Below, in pieces: positions 25,196 to 34,609 of a DNA stretch of 34,609 nucleotides. The position numbers and the translations under genes were made by a program. Position 1 is the first letter of the stretch. Each line of letters starts with the position of its first letter. A model generated the notes under the pieces. That model searched no databases and was not told the origin of the DNA. It was given only the letters and a program-made list of their open reading frames with translations. This DNA is from Candidatus Hydrogenedentota bacterium. Lineage in GTDB: Bacteria; Hydrogenedentota; Hydrogenedentia; Hydrogenedentales; CAITNO01. The DNA lies in contig SLFT01000334.1 of the NCBI GenBank assembly GCA_007124105.1, positions 1 to 34,609 on the forward strand. Reading direction: 5' to 3'.

Positions 25196-25225
25196 AGTGT
25201 ACCATAGACACAGGCGGCTTCGCAA
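25196..25225 (-). promoter_or_regulatory. putative sigma70 promoter of rpmE-prfA
   Basis: TTGCGA(25225-25220)-18 nt-TACACT(25201-25196) with extended -10 TG. Confidence 0.5.
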
Positions 25226-25446
25226 CATGAGAACGGATGCATTCGGCCTTCTGTTTCTGCGCGTCCGCGTCTTCTTTTTGACGGAGCGAGTGTGGATGAC
25301 CCCCGGCGACGGGCCGGGAAATTATTGGATAGGATGCTCTTGCAGCGATAGGGTATACTGCCGTTAATGTTTTTGTCTGCCGAACATACGGTAGATTTCA
25401 ACTTTAATGCAAGCGTACGATGCGAAAGACAAGGGAGGTATCTACC

Positions 25447-28104
25447 ATGTATTGCAGCCCATTCAATCAGGCATACAGAGCGCGCCTGTGCAGGACGCGT
25501 CTGGCGCTGTGTTTTCTGCTTGTTATGACGGCATGGCCGGGGGTTGGCCTGACGACGCCTTTTGAGACGGTGCTGGACACGGCGCTGGAGCATGACGACG
25601 GCGCGTTTCTGTGGTTTCACCCCCGAGCAACGGCGATACCCGACGCCGGCGAGGACGGGGCTCCTGCCGTAGTAATGACATTGCAGAAGCATTTGCAGGT
25701 ATCGGATTTTTATTCAGGGTTGTACGCCATGTACAGCGACGATCTGGGCAAGTCCTGGACCGGCCCCGAGGCCATACCTGAACTGGCCTGGCGCGACGGC
25801 CCAGACGACACGATCCTGGCGGTGTGCGACGTAACGCCGGGATATCATCCGCCCACGGGCAAGGTGCTGGCCATTGGCGCACAGCTTTATTATCGCCCGG
25901 ACGGGCAGCTGCTCGAGGGTGTCGCGCGTTCCGATCAGACGGCCTATGCCGTCTATGATCCCGAGACCCGATCATGGTCGGGCTGGCGCACGCTTGCCAT
26001 GCCCGACGCTCGGAAGTTCAATTTCGCGCGGAACGCCTGCGCCCAATGGATTGTCGAGCCTGACGGGACGTTGCTTGTACCCTTGTATTTCGGCGAGAGC
26101 GCTGGACAGGATTTTTCCGTTACAGTGGCGCGCTGCGCTTTTGACGGCGAAACCCTGCGCTATGTGGAACACGGCACGGAGATGACCGTATCGGGCGGAC
26201 GCGGCCTGTGCGAGCCGTCTCTGGCCCGCCATTATGACCGCTATTTCTTGACATTGCGCAACGACGCCCGGGGCTATGTTGCTGCAAGCGATGACGGGCT
26301 GCATTACGAGCCGATCCAATCCTGGCGGTTTGACGACGGCGAGGACCTGGGATCATATAACACGCAACAGCATTGGCTTACTCATACGGACGGGTTGTAT
26401 TTGACCTATACGCGGCGGGGCGCCAACAACGACCATGTATTCCGCCATCGCGCGCCGCTGTTCATTGCCCGGGTTAACCCGGACACCCTGCGGGTTGTTC
26501 GTGATACGGAGCGGATACTTATCCCTGAGCGCGGCGCCACGCTCGGCAATTTCGGCGCGGCAGCCATCACGCAGGAGGAGTCATGGGTCACCGTGGGCGA
26601 GGGTGTCTGGAACGACGACATGCGCGCGCGCGGCGCGGCGGGCGCGTTGTATATTGCCCGGGTGCAGTGGACATCTCCGAACGACACCGTCATGTTTCCC
26701 GCGCCGACACAGCGCGCCCGGATGACGACAGTGGACCTGAATCAAGACGAAACGAAGACCATAGCACTGGTGGACGGCAGCGCAGCGACAATCACATTGC
26801 TGGGCGTTGCGGAGCAGCGCGACGCCATCCGCGAAGTGGTGCGCCACGCCGAGGCGTCACTGTGCGTGAACAGCGACACGGTTAGCGTGGCCTCGGGCCT
26901 TTACAATCTGCCTGTGCGGGCGGGCGGCGTGTGGGTGGACTGTCCCGTGACCCAGAGCTACAACCTGAACAGCGGCGACGACCGCTGGCGACTGGATAAG
27001 GACGCGCGCATCCGGCTATGGCCTGGCGATGGGCCGTTCACCGACCCCGACTCCTTCGTTTATCCCATACGCCAACGCTGGTATGCGTCGCAGACCTGGT
27101 TTGACAACGAGCCGGTGGACGGCGGCGCCGAAGTATCCAAAACAGTGTATTACCATTCCGGTATTGACATTGGCGGCGTGGACGGGCGCACCGAGATTGT
27201 GGCGGCGGCCGATGCGCTGGTGGTATCCGCGCGCGACGACACCCTGCCCGGCTTCCTTGGCGACACCCCTGTAAACCCCCGTTACGACGTGGTCTACCTC
27301 TATGACGAGCGCGGTTGGTTCTACCGCTACAGTCATTTTGACGCGATAGACGCCGCGATACAACCGGGCGTACGCGTCACCCGAGGCGCGTTGCTGGGAC
27401 GGCTCGGCAAGGAAGGCGCCAGCGGCGGCTGGAGCCACCTGCACTTCGAGATCAAGACGCGCCAGCCAAGCAACGGATGGGGTACACTCGCCGCCAATGC
27501 GCTCATCCGCGAGGCTTACATGCGCGAATACGAACCGGACATCCTCGCTTGTGCGCGGCAGCGGCACTTGATTATGCCGGGCGACACAATCACGCTTGAC
27601 GGATCGCGTTCATGGAGCCGCGACCCCATTGTCGCCTATCACTGGCAGTTTACCGACGGAGAAACGGCCGAGGGCGTACAGGTCGAGCGGCAGTACACCC
27701 GTCCCGGCAGGTTTAGCGAAATTCTGCGAATTACCGACGCGGCGGGACGGGTGGACTACGACTTTGCTATTGTGCAGGTACTCAATCCCGATGAGCCGCA
27801 TCGTTACGCCCCGGGTCTGCACGCCGCGCATGAACCCACCCTGAATCTTCGCGCCGGCGATCCCGTTACCTTTTCAGTGCGCGCGTTCCGCTTCGGCGAC
27901 GGCGAGGAGACGTGGGATTTCGACGATGGCAGCCCCACGCAACGCACCCGCTCGGGCATCAACAAAGACCCCCACGCGCCCGACGGATACGCTTTCATTG
28001 AACATCGCTATGCCGCGCCGGGCAGCTACATTGTCAGCGTATACCGCGAAGACACCGACGGCACACCCGCCCATGCTCATCTGCATGTTGTCGTGGAAGA
28101 GTAA
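25447..28104 (+). CDS. secreted multidomain protein: BNR/sialidase-like propeller + M23 peptidase-like domain + two PKD domains
   Basis: ATG 25447 after GGGAGG; signal peptide; Asp-boxes SDDLGKSW and SDDGLHY; YHSGID and HLHFE (M23 HxxxD/HxH); WQFTDG and WDFDDG...H.Y..PG.Y (PKD). Confidence 0.85.
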   Translation: MYCSPFNQAYRARLCRTRLALCFLLVMTAWPGVGLTTPFETVLDTALEHDDGAFLWFHPRATAIPDAGEDGAPAVVMTLQKHLQVSDFYSGLYAMYSDDLGKSWTGPEAIPELAWRDGPDDTILAVCDVTPGYHPPTGKVLAIGAQLYYRPDGQLLEGVARSDQTAYAVYDPETRSWSGWRTLAMPDARKFNFARNACAQWIVEPDGTLLVPLYFGESAGQDFSVTVARCAFDGETLRYVEHGTEMTVSGGRGLCEPSLARHYDRYFLTLRNDARGYVAASDDGLHYEPIQSWRFDDGEDLGSYNTQQHWLTHTDGLYLTYTRRGANNDHVFRHRAPLFIARVNPDTLRVVRDTERILIPERGATLGNFGAAAITQEESWVTVGEGVWNDDMRARGAAGALYIARVQWTSPNDTVMFPAPTQRARMTTVDLNQDETKTIALVDGSAATITLLGVAEQRDAIREVVRHAEASLCVNSDTVSVASGLYNLPVRAGGVWVDCPVTQSYNLNSGDDRWRLDKDARIRLWPGDGPFTDPDSFVYPIRQRWYASQTWFDNEPVDGGAEVSKTVYYHSGIDIGGVDGRTEIVAAADALVVSARDDTLPGFLGDTPVNPRYDVVYLYDERGWFYRYSHFDAIDAAIQPGVRVTRGALLGRLGKEGASGGWSHLHFEIKTRQPSNGWGTLAANALIREAYMREYEPDILACARQRHLIMPGDTITLDGSRSWSRDPIVAYHWQFTDGETAEGVQVERQYTRPGRFSEILRITDAAGRVDYDFAIVQVLNPDEPHRYAPGLHAAHEPTLNLRAGDPVTFSVRAFRFGDGEETWDFDDGSPTQRTRSGINKDPHAPDGYAFIEHRYAAPGSYIVSVYREDTDGTPAHAHLHVVVEE

Positions 28105-28170
28105 CGGCATCGGCCCGTTGTACCTCTGCGAGAACAGCGCCAAGGACGACGACAATATACCAGCGCCAAC

Positions 28171-29550
28171 TTACACGTCTACGGTGGTGTTTTCTTCCAT
28201 GACGGTGATATTTTTCACCCCCTCATCGTGGAGCCCGGAACGCAGCGCTTCCAGCGGTTGCTCTTCACCGTGTACCAGCAGTACACGTTTACGCCGACCT
28301 TTGCAATGAGCGCCAAAAGTAATCAGTTCGTTGCGGCCCGCATGGGCGCTGAACCCATTTAACGTTTTAACCTCGGCATTCAGCGGCCTGTTGACGCCAA
28401 ATATTTTGATCTCCGGTTGACGTTCGACAATACGTCGGCCCAGCGTGTTCTTCGCCTGAAACCCCACAATCACGATGGTGTTGCGTTTGTCTTCGCAGTT
28501 ATTGCGCAAATGATGCAGGATACGCCCCACCTCGCACATGCCGGAGGCGGAAATGATAACGCAGGGCTCAGAAAGTGTATTAAGGCGCATCGAGTCGTCC
28601 ACATTGCGGATATACTCGATTTGCTGGAGCTCGAACGGGTCCCCGGCCACGCTGCGTACTTGCTGGGTGGCCTCGTCAAAACTTTCCTTGTGATACCTGA
28701 AAATCTCGGTGATATTGGCGGTGAGCGGGCTGTCCACATACACGGGCAACGGCGGGATTGTGCCTAGCAACTCCAAACGTTTCAGCGCGAACACAACTTC
28801 CTGGGCCCGCTCGAGAGCAAAGCTCGGGATTATAATTTTTCCGCCCCGTCGAATGGTGCGCAATACTACCTCGGCCAGCTTTGATTCCATGGTCTCGATA
28901 GCATCGTGTTCGCGGTCGCCGTAGGTGCTCTCAAGCATGATAATATCCGCGTTGTCCGGTTCCCAGGGATCCCTGAGCAGGGGCATGTTTTTTCGGCCTA
29001 AATCACCGCTGAAAAGAAAGCGGCGGTCCTTGCCGTTTTCCATATAGTCCACGGCAACCATGGCTGAGCCCAGCACGTGACCCGCATCGTGCAGGGTGAC
29101 GTAAACGTCTGGCACAATCTCGAAACGGTCTTCGTAGGGGAAACACACAAAGCGTTTCATCACGGCGAATACGTCAGACTCGTCATAAAGCGGAGCCACA
29201 TAATCACGGTTTTTCTTCGCCAGCCATTCGGCGTCGCGTTCCTGGATATGGGCGCTGTCCAACAACATCACACTGCACAGGTCGCGCGTTGCGGGCGTGG
29301 TGTATATGCGTCCGCGATAGCCCTTCTTGTGGAGCATGGGCAAAACGCCGCTGTGATCAATGTGGGCGTGGCTGAGCACTACCGCGTCCAGCGAATCGGG
29401 CGCGAAAGGAAAGTGACGATTCTTGTGAGCCGCTTCCCTGCGCTTGCCCTGGAACATGCCGCAGTCCAACAGGATGCGATATCCGTTAATCTCGAGCAGA
29501 TGTTTCGAGCCTGTGACCTCGCCCGCAGCGCCGTAAGAAGTAACTTTCAT
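28171..29550 (-). CDS. MBL-fold beta-CASP ribonuclease (YSH1/TTHA0252-like)
   Basis: ATG 29550 after AAGGAG; GAAGEVTGS, SHAHIDHSG, AGHVLGSA, SGDLG, ESTYG, SASGM, FSAHA, VHGE. Confidence 0.93.
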   Translation of the reverse strand: MKVTSYGAAGEVTGSKHLLEINGYRILLDCGMFQGKRREAAHKNRHFPFAPDSLDAVVLSHAHIDHSGVLPMLHKKGYRGRIYTTPATRDLCSVMLLDSAHIQERDAEWLAKKNRDYVAPLYDESDVFAVMKRFVCFPYEDRFEIVPDVYVTLHDAGHVLGSAMVAVDYMENGKDRRFLFSGDLGRKNMPLLRDPWEPDNADIIMLESTYGDREHDAIETMESKLAEVVLRTIRRGGKIIIPSFALERAQEVVFALKRLELLGTIPPLPVYVDSPLTANITEIFRYHKESFDEATQQVRSVAGDPFELQQIEYIRNVDDSMRLNTLSEPCVIISASGMCEVGRILHHLRNNCEDKRNTIVIVGFQAKNTLGRRIVERQPEIKIFGVNRPLNAEVKTLNGFSAHAGRNELITFGAHCKGRRKRVLLVHGEEQPLEALRSGLHDEGVKNITVMEENTTVDV

Positions 29551-29689
29551 GCCGTCTCCTTTGTTGTTCAGGGAACACAACGCCTTTGCACAGCCGGCTG
29601 TGGCGGCGCCGCGTTTTTGGACACAAAGCGTCCTGTGATGCCTGACGTCTGGAAATCCAATATGGCTTTCTCAGATGCTAGTGCTTCTG

Positions 29690-30412
29690 TCAGTCAAGTT
29701 CGATATCGTAATAGAATGTATGCTCCCCTTCCCGAGGGCATTGTACAAGCCATTCCCCGTCGGGCGCCATCACGCCTGTAGGCGCGTTTACGGGGCCTGC
29801 CGGCGTGGCAGCGTTCGCTGTAGCAATATAAAGATTGCCTTCCCGGGCGCGCAGCGCCAGATTTGATTCGTGATATGCGGCGTACGATTGGTCATGCCCG
29901 GAATTGATACTGTGAAAAATCACTTGGGCGCCCTTTTTCGACAGCTGATAAGTGAGTCGCGGATCGGGATAGGGGCCGCAGCCCGGCGTAACCCAAAGAT
30001 CGTTGCATATCAGGCAACCGAAAATAATGCCCTTGTGTTCAAACACCCGCAGCTCCTCGCCAGGGCGGCACCATTGACGGTCTTTTTCCGTGGGTACGAT
30101 CTTCTCATGAGTGCCCAACAGGTCGCCGTCATCCGTATAAATGCGAGATTGAATATGCGTGTGACCGTCCATACGCGCGCCGGCGCCTATAATAGCGGTA
30201 ACATAACTCTGCCTGCACGTGGCGGCGATCTGCTTCCAGGCCTCGCGGGTGCGCTCGTCGTTAAAATCGTTATGATAACCGGTTAAACTCATTTCAGGGA
30301 ACAGCATGAAATCGCAGTCCCCCTGTCGGATATATTCCAGAATGCGCGGCAAATTGTCTTTCTTGCTGGGCGCTACATTCATTTGTACGCCACATACACG
30401 GATTTTCGTCAT
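29690..30412 (-). CDS. carbon-nitrogen hydrolase (nitrilase superfamily)
   Basis: E-K-C triad contexts FPEMSLTGY, HEK, LICNDLW. Confidence 0.88.
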   Translation of the reverse strand: MTKIRVCGVQMNVAPSKKDNLPRILEYIRQGDCDFMLFPEMSLTGYHNDFNDERTREAWKQIAATCRQSYVTAIIGAGARMDGHTHIQSRIYTDDGDLLGTHEKIVPTEKDRQWCRPGEELRVFEHKGIIFGCLICNDLWVTPGCGPYPDPRLTYQLSKKGAQVIFHSINSGHDQSYAAYHESNLALRAREGNLYIATANAATPAGPVNAPTGVMAPDGEWLVQCPREGEHTFYYDIELD

Positions 30413-30796
30413 AGTGGTTTCCTTCCAGTTAAAGTTAAAGTGGCCTGGAGCATCCTATCATATCTGAATACAACAGGACATCTCGACCACCTGGCATCTG
30501 ACAGATATTGTTCTTATCTCACCAGACCTCTGTTGCTCTGCGAATTTTTCGTCGCCGACTGATATCTCCAAAGCCATCCGACATATCCAACAGCCCACCG
30601 ACAAAACAAGATTTCAAGGGAATAACGGGCTTATATAAAACCCTGCCAGACAGCCACTCCATTTGTTGATTCTGCAATGGCGCATGGCGCATAATCCCCA
30701 TAATCAGCAGTAATGCGCCGTGGCAGGCGCTCCAAGCGCAGTAGTGCGCGTTTCCTAATGTCCACCACAGAACAAACGATTTGGAAAGGATAAACC

Positions 30797-32158
30797 ATGA
30801 CAAACAGTAAATTAACGCGTCGCGCTTTCCTGGCGGCCACAACAACAACAGCGCTTGCTTCGGCGACATGGGCGCAACAACCAAATACTGCGCAAGTGAT
30901 TCCCCGAAAGCTTTCGCCTAACGAAAAAATGAATATCGCCGGTATTGGCGTGGGAGGTATGGGGCGTGGCGACATTATGAGTTGTCGCAGCGAGAACATT
31001 GTCGCCCTGTGCGATGTGGATTGGGAACGCGCCGCCGAGACATTTCATAATCTGCCCGACGCGAAAAAATACAGGGATTTCCGTGTAATGTTCGACGAGA
31101 TGGGCGACGACATTGATGCGGTTACCGTTTCGACGCCGGACCATACGCATGCGCTGGCCGCGTACTGGGCCATGCTGATGGGCAAACATGTACGCGTACA
31201 AAAGCCCCTGGCCCAGACCATTGCCGAGGCGCGTTTGATGGCGGAAACGGCAAAGAGAACAGGTGTTGTCACGGCCATGGGCAATCAGGGCCACTCCCAG
31301 AACGGCGTACGCGAATTGTGCGAGATGGTGTGGAGCGGCGCCGTGGGTCAGATTACCGAAGCCCACAGCTGGACTAACCGTCCAATTTGGCCCCAGGGCA
31401 TGGACCGACGGCCGCGGACACGGCCTGTTCCCGAGCGCATTGACTGGGACCTGTGGTTGGGACCGGCGCCGAAGCGCGAATACTCGGACCACTATCTTCC
31501 CTTCAAATGGCGGGGCTGGTGGGACTTCGGCTGCGGCGCCATTGGCGACATGGCCTGCCACATCATGGACCCCGTGTTCTGGGCGCTCAAACTGTATGAA
31601 GCGCCGACCTATTCAGTGGAAGCGATTCAACAGGACGGCATGACCGAGGAAGCTTTCCCCAACGCAAGTATTATCAAGTTTGAATTTCCAGCCCGCGGCG
31701 ATATGGCCCCTGTAGTCCTATATTGGTACGACGGCGGTCTGCTGCCTGATCGCCCCGAAGGCATCCCGGAAGACGAAGAACTGGGCGAGGGCGACAATGG
31801 ATCGCTGTTCGTCGGTACGGATGGTTTCTTGACCACAGGCACCTACGGCGGCAACTCACGGCTGTTGCCCGCCGCGCACATGGCGGACTACGTAAAGCCC
31901 GACCCGACCATCGAGCGCATCCCCGAGGAAAATTCCTATCTGCATTGGATAAACGCCTGCAAAACCAATACGGAAGCGGTGTCGCCCTTCAGTTACGCCG
32001 GTCCGTTGACGGAAGTTGCGAACATGGGCAATGTTGCGTTGCTCGCGGGCGAGAAGCTCGAATTCGACGTGGCCTCCATGACCATTACAAACAATGCGGA
32101 AGCCAACCAATACCTGACAAAGGAATATCACAACGGATTTGATAATATGCCCCTGTAA
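30797..32158 (+). CDS. Tat-exported Gfo/Idh/MocA family oxidoreductase (paralogue 1)
   Basis: TRRAFL Tat motif; IGVGGMG, STPDHTH, QKPL, WDLWLGPAP, WRGWWDFG.G..GDMACH. Confidence 0.92.
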   Translation: MTNSKLTRRAFLAATTTTALASATWAQQPNTAQVIPRKLSPNEKMNIAGIGVGGMGRGDIMSCRSENIVALCDVDWERAAETFHNLPDAKKYRDFRVMFDEMGDDIDAVTVSTPDHTHALAAYWAMLMGKHVRVQKPLAQTIAEARLMAETAKRTGVVTAMGNQGHSQNGVRELCEMVWSGAVGQITEAHSWTNRPIWPQGMDRRPRTRPVPERIDWDLWLGPAPKREYSDHYLPFKWRGWWDFGCGAIGDMACHIMDPVFWALKLYEAPTYSVEAIQQDGMTEEAFPNASIIKFEFPARGDMAPVVLYWYDGGLLPDRPEGIPEDEELGEGDNGSLFVGTDGFLTTGTYGGNSRLLPAAHMADYVKPDPTIERIPEENSYLHWINACKTNTEAVSPFSYAGPLTEVANMGNVALLAGEKLEFDVASMTITNNAEANQYLTKEYHNGFDNMPL

Positions 32159-32265
32159 CACCAGGCGCATGGGCCAACCGCAACGTTTGAAAACCAAAGC
32201 GTCCGACGGAGGGTCAAATGGTTCGTAAACGCAAACGAAAAACCATGAACGGAGATATTTTTACT

Positions 32266-33633
32266 ATGCCAAACAGCAAACTTACACGACGCGCTTTTCT
32301 TGCGGCCACAACAACAACGGCCCTTGCCGGCGCAAGCTGGGCAAATCAACCTAATACGGCGCGGGTGGTTCCACGGCGCGTGTCGCCGAACGAAACCCTC
32401 AACGTAGCCGGCATCGGCGTCGGCGGCAAAGGTACGCACGACATCCTGTCGTTTCGGCGCGAGAACATTGTCGCCATGTGCGACGTGGACCTCGAGCGCG
32501 CGGGCGAGGCTTTTTATCGCGTGCCAGACGCCAAACAGTATCGCGACTATCGAAAGATGCTTGATGAGATGGGCGACGAAATTGATATGCTCACCGTCGC
32601 CACGCCCGACCATTCACATGCGCCCGCCGCGTATCAGGCGATGAAGATGGGCAAACACGTCTATGTGGAAAAGCCCATGACGCACACCGTAGCCGAAGCG
32701 CGATTGCTCACTGAAACCGCGCGTGAGATGGGCGTAGCCACGCAAATGGGCAATCAGGGCCGATCGGGCGACGGCACACGCGACCTGGCCGAAATGGTGT
32801 GGGCCGGCGCTATTGGCGATGTGCATACGGTACATATCTGGACGGACAGACCCGGTGGACGCTGGCCCCATGGCGGTCCGAAAACGGCGCCTCCTGGTGA
32901 GCCCATACCTGAAACCATGGACTGGGATTTGTGGGTCGGCCCCGCGCCCATGCGCGAATATAATGGGTTGTATGCGCCGTTCAAATGGCGCGGCTGGATT
33001 GATTTCGGCTGCGGCGGCCTGGGCGATATGGGCTGTCATATCATGGACCCCGCTTTCTTCGCCTTGAAACTCGACCAGGCAGCCTCGTTCACTGTCGAAC
33101 CGGTGCAACAGGAAAGCGCCAACGATCAGACATGGCCCACCAACGCCATTGTGAAATACCATTTCCCCGCACGGGCCGACATGCCGCCGGTGGACATCTT
33201 CTGGTATGAAAACGGCATGCTGCCGCCGCGTCCCGAAGATATTCCCGCGGACCAGGAACTGGGAGACGGGCGCAACGGCTCGTTGTTCGTCGGCGCGGAC
33301 GGCTGCATCACCGCGGGCGAATATGGCGGCAACGCGCGCCTGCTGCCCGATGAACGCATGGCTGACTACACCCCGCCGCCGCAAACCATTCCTCGTGTGG
33401 GCGGCGCCAACCATTACCGAAACTTCGTGGACGCCTGCAAAGGCGGCGAACCGGCCTCGTCTAATTTCGACTATGCCGGCCCCTTCACGGAAATCGTACT
33501 GTTCGGCAATGTGGCCTTGCTCATGGACAAGAAACTGGAATACGACATTGCGAGCATGAAAGTGCTCAACGACGACAAGGCAGCCCAATACCTGAGCAAA
33601 GAATACCGATCAGGCTGGGAACTGCCGGTGTAA
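32266..33633 (+). CDS. Tat-exported Gfo/Idh/MocA family oxidoreductase (paralogue 2)
   Basis: Start at ATG 32266 by alignment with paralogue 1 (GGAG RBS); TRRAFL, IGVGGKG, ATPDHSH, EKPM, GDMGCH. Confidence 0.92.
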   Translation: MPNSKLTRRAFLAATTTTALAGASWANQPNTARVVPRRVSPNETLNVAGIGVGGKGTHDILSFRRENIVAMCDVDLERAGEAFYRVPDAKQYRDYRKMLDEMGDEIDMLTVATPDHSHAPAAYQAMKMGKHVYVEKPMTHTVAEARLLTETAREMGVATQMGNQGRSGDGTRDLAEMVWAGAIGDVHTVHIWTDRPGGRWPHGGPKTAPPGEPIPETMDWDLWVGPAPMREYNGLYAPFKWRGWIDFGCGGLGDMGCHIMDPAFFALKLDQAASFTVEPVQQESANDQTWPTNAIVKYHFPARADMPPVDIFWYENGMLPPRPEDIPADQELGDGRNGSLFVGADGCITAGEYGGNARLLPDERMADYTPPPQTIPRVGGANHYRNFVDACKGGEPASSNFDYAGPFTEIVLFGNVALLMDKKLEYDIASMKVLNDDKAAQYLSKEYRSGWELPV

Positions 33634-33677
33634 CAGCGCCTCAAATGCCGCAATACGACAGAGGCATCGTTAAAAAG

Positions 33678-33706
33678 TTGACGCGGAACGCGATAAATGG
33701 TATACT
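33678..33706 (+). promoter_or_regulatory. sigma70 promoter of rpsT
   Basis: TTGACG-17 nt-TATACT with extended -10 TG. Confidence 0.75.
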
Positions 33707-33760
33707 ACACGCTCTTATTTATCGAAGTCCCCCCACTTTGCCTCAGGAGAACCTTTATTT

Positions 33761-34039
33761 ATGGCCAATATAAAATCGCAGAAGAAACGCAATCGCACCA
33801 ACGAACTGCGGCGGCAGCGTAATGTCTCCGTGCGTTCGCGCGTTAAAACGTTGGTAAAGAATGCAGACCAGATCATTGCGGCACGGGAACCGGAAAAAGC
33901 AAAGGAAAACATGCTGTCCGCCCTGTCGGCGATAGACCGCGCCTGTTCCAAAGGCGTCCTCCATCCCAACCAGGCCGCGCGCCGCAAATCATCGCTGCAA
34001 CGCCGATTCAACCAGATGCAGACACCTCAAGACGCGTAG
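33761..34039 (+). CDS. rpsT: 30S ribosomal protein S20
   Basis: MANIKSQKKR.R...RN...RS..KT...IDRA..KGVLH.N.AARRKS. Confidence 0.97.
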   Translation: MANIKSQKKRNRTNELRRQRNVSVRSRVKTLVKNADQIIAAREPEKAKENMLSALSAIDRACSKGVLHPNQAARRKSSLQRRFNQMQTPQDA

Positions 34040-34081
34040 TCAGAATATCTGTATCTCTGGCAACTGACGTTTGTTTTTCAA

Positions 34082-34126
34082 GCCGGATGCGTCCCCACCG
34101 CTGGACGTATCCGGCGTTTTCTTTTT
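34082..34126 (+). terminator. Rho-independent terminator of rpsT
   Basis: GCCGGATGCGTCC-loop-GGACGTATCCGGC followed by GTTTTCTTTTT. Confidence 0.85.
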
Positions 34127-34274
34127 GGCCCCTATCGCGTGGGTGGTTTTATTCAGACAGGCTGTCCAACCATGCCTGTACCGGTTCCCGTGACGCCTCT
34201 GATGTGGGATGATTGCAGGCTGCTTACAGGGTGTGCCCCAGGGATAATCTTCATCCAACACCTTGCACCCGAAC

Positions 34275-34313
34275 ACCCGGCAGGATACTTGTGTCTTGCC
34301 GGGTATTTTATTT
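34275..34313 (+). terminator. second terminator-like hairpin
   Basis: ACCCGGCAGGATAC-TT-GTGTCTTGCCGGGT (G-U pairs on the plus strand) followed by ATTTTATTT. Confidence 0.55.
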
Positions 34314-34325
34314 CCCTGAAAACCG

Positions 34326-34351
34326 TGAACCATGCAACGTTGCATGGTTCA
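34326..34351. repeat. perfect 26-bp palindrome
   Basis: TGAACCATGCAAC|GTTGCATGGTTCA, extended imperfectly by AAAACC(G)/GGTTTT. Confidence 0.9.
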
Positions 34352-34356
34352 GGTTT

Positions 34357-34609
34357 TGTGACGTCATCATACGGGCGCCGAACATTGAACTGGACGCAGT
34401 TATCAATTACGAGATGAGTTTCGTCTGGAATGAATCAAAACGAATCCCAAACGAAGCGGTTCCAAACGTGATTGAAGAAATCCGGAACAGGGCCGCGTTT
34501 CATGCCGAGAACAGGGGGATTGTGGCGTTCGCAGAGGAGGCGGCAACCCGCTGGTTCACGGCGTTTTTTGAAGCATTCAGACATCCCGTGGAGGTGCGGT
34601 TTGGGCCAT
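34357..34609 (+). pseudogene. protein-like open frame running off the window, possibly the C-terminal remnant of a DUF4230-like gene
   Basis: The frame reads CDVIIRAPNIELDAVINYEMSFVWNESKRIPNEAVPNVIEEIRNRAAFHAENRGIVAFAEEAATRWFTAFFEAFRHPVEVRFGP with no stop; no convincing start or RBS upstream. Confidence 0.3.

Noticed and set aside
28171-29550. Defence-associated MBL nuclease
   Set aside because: It matches the widespread housekeeping beta-CASP RNase pattern along its full length and has no defence-gene context.
34181-34196. 14/16 match CCGGTTCCCGTGACGC to CTGGTTCCTGTGACGC at 1914-1929
   Set aside because: The similarity does not extend on either side, and a match of this length is expected by chance in a window this size.

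Overview
Gene-dense, moderately GC-rich bacterial chromosomal window with no rRNA, tRNA, CRISPR array or transposase that I can support. The gene content (Tat-exported Gfo/Idh/MocA paralogues, ThuA, PQQ-like propeller, BNR sialidase, GH38) resembles anaerobic or facultative glycan degraders such as PVC or Candidatus Hydrogenedentota; this taxonomic guess is inference only. Housekeeping genes: a formyltransferase-only purH, prfA, Zn-free rpmE (L31 type B), rpsT and a beta-CASP RNase. Catabolic genes: iolC, a GDPD, a neutral-sphingomyelinase-like EEP enzyme and a GH38 alpha-mannosidase. The best candidate for an undescribed system is a six-gene minus-strand redox cluster (23674 to 15001). It joins a membrane/extracytoplasmic arm (NHL propeller with a CC motif, Tat ferredoxin, NapH-like membrane Fe-S protein, 3-TM PQQ-like propeller) to a cytoplasmic HydABC/Bfu-type electron-bifurcating core. 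That core is a NuoE-HydB fusion plus a NuoG/GltD hybrid with no hydrogenase or molybdopterin domain and no evident NADP(H) domain. Other items of note are a hairpin-dense ~190-nt ncRNA candidate (1914-2101), a pure K/A/P repeat histone-H1-like protein, an orphan promoter-to-terminator unit (7841-8369), a sialidase-M23-PKD fusion and a perfect 26-bp palindrome near the right end. All calls come from reading motifs by eye; no searches were run.
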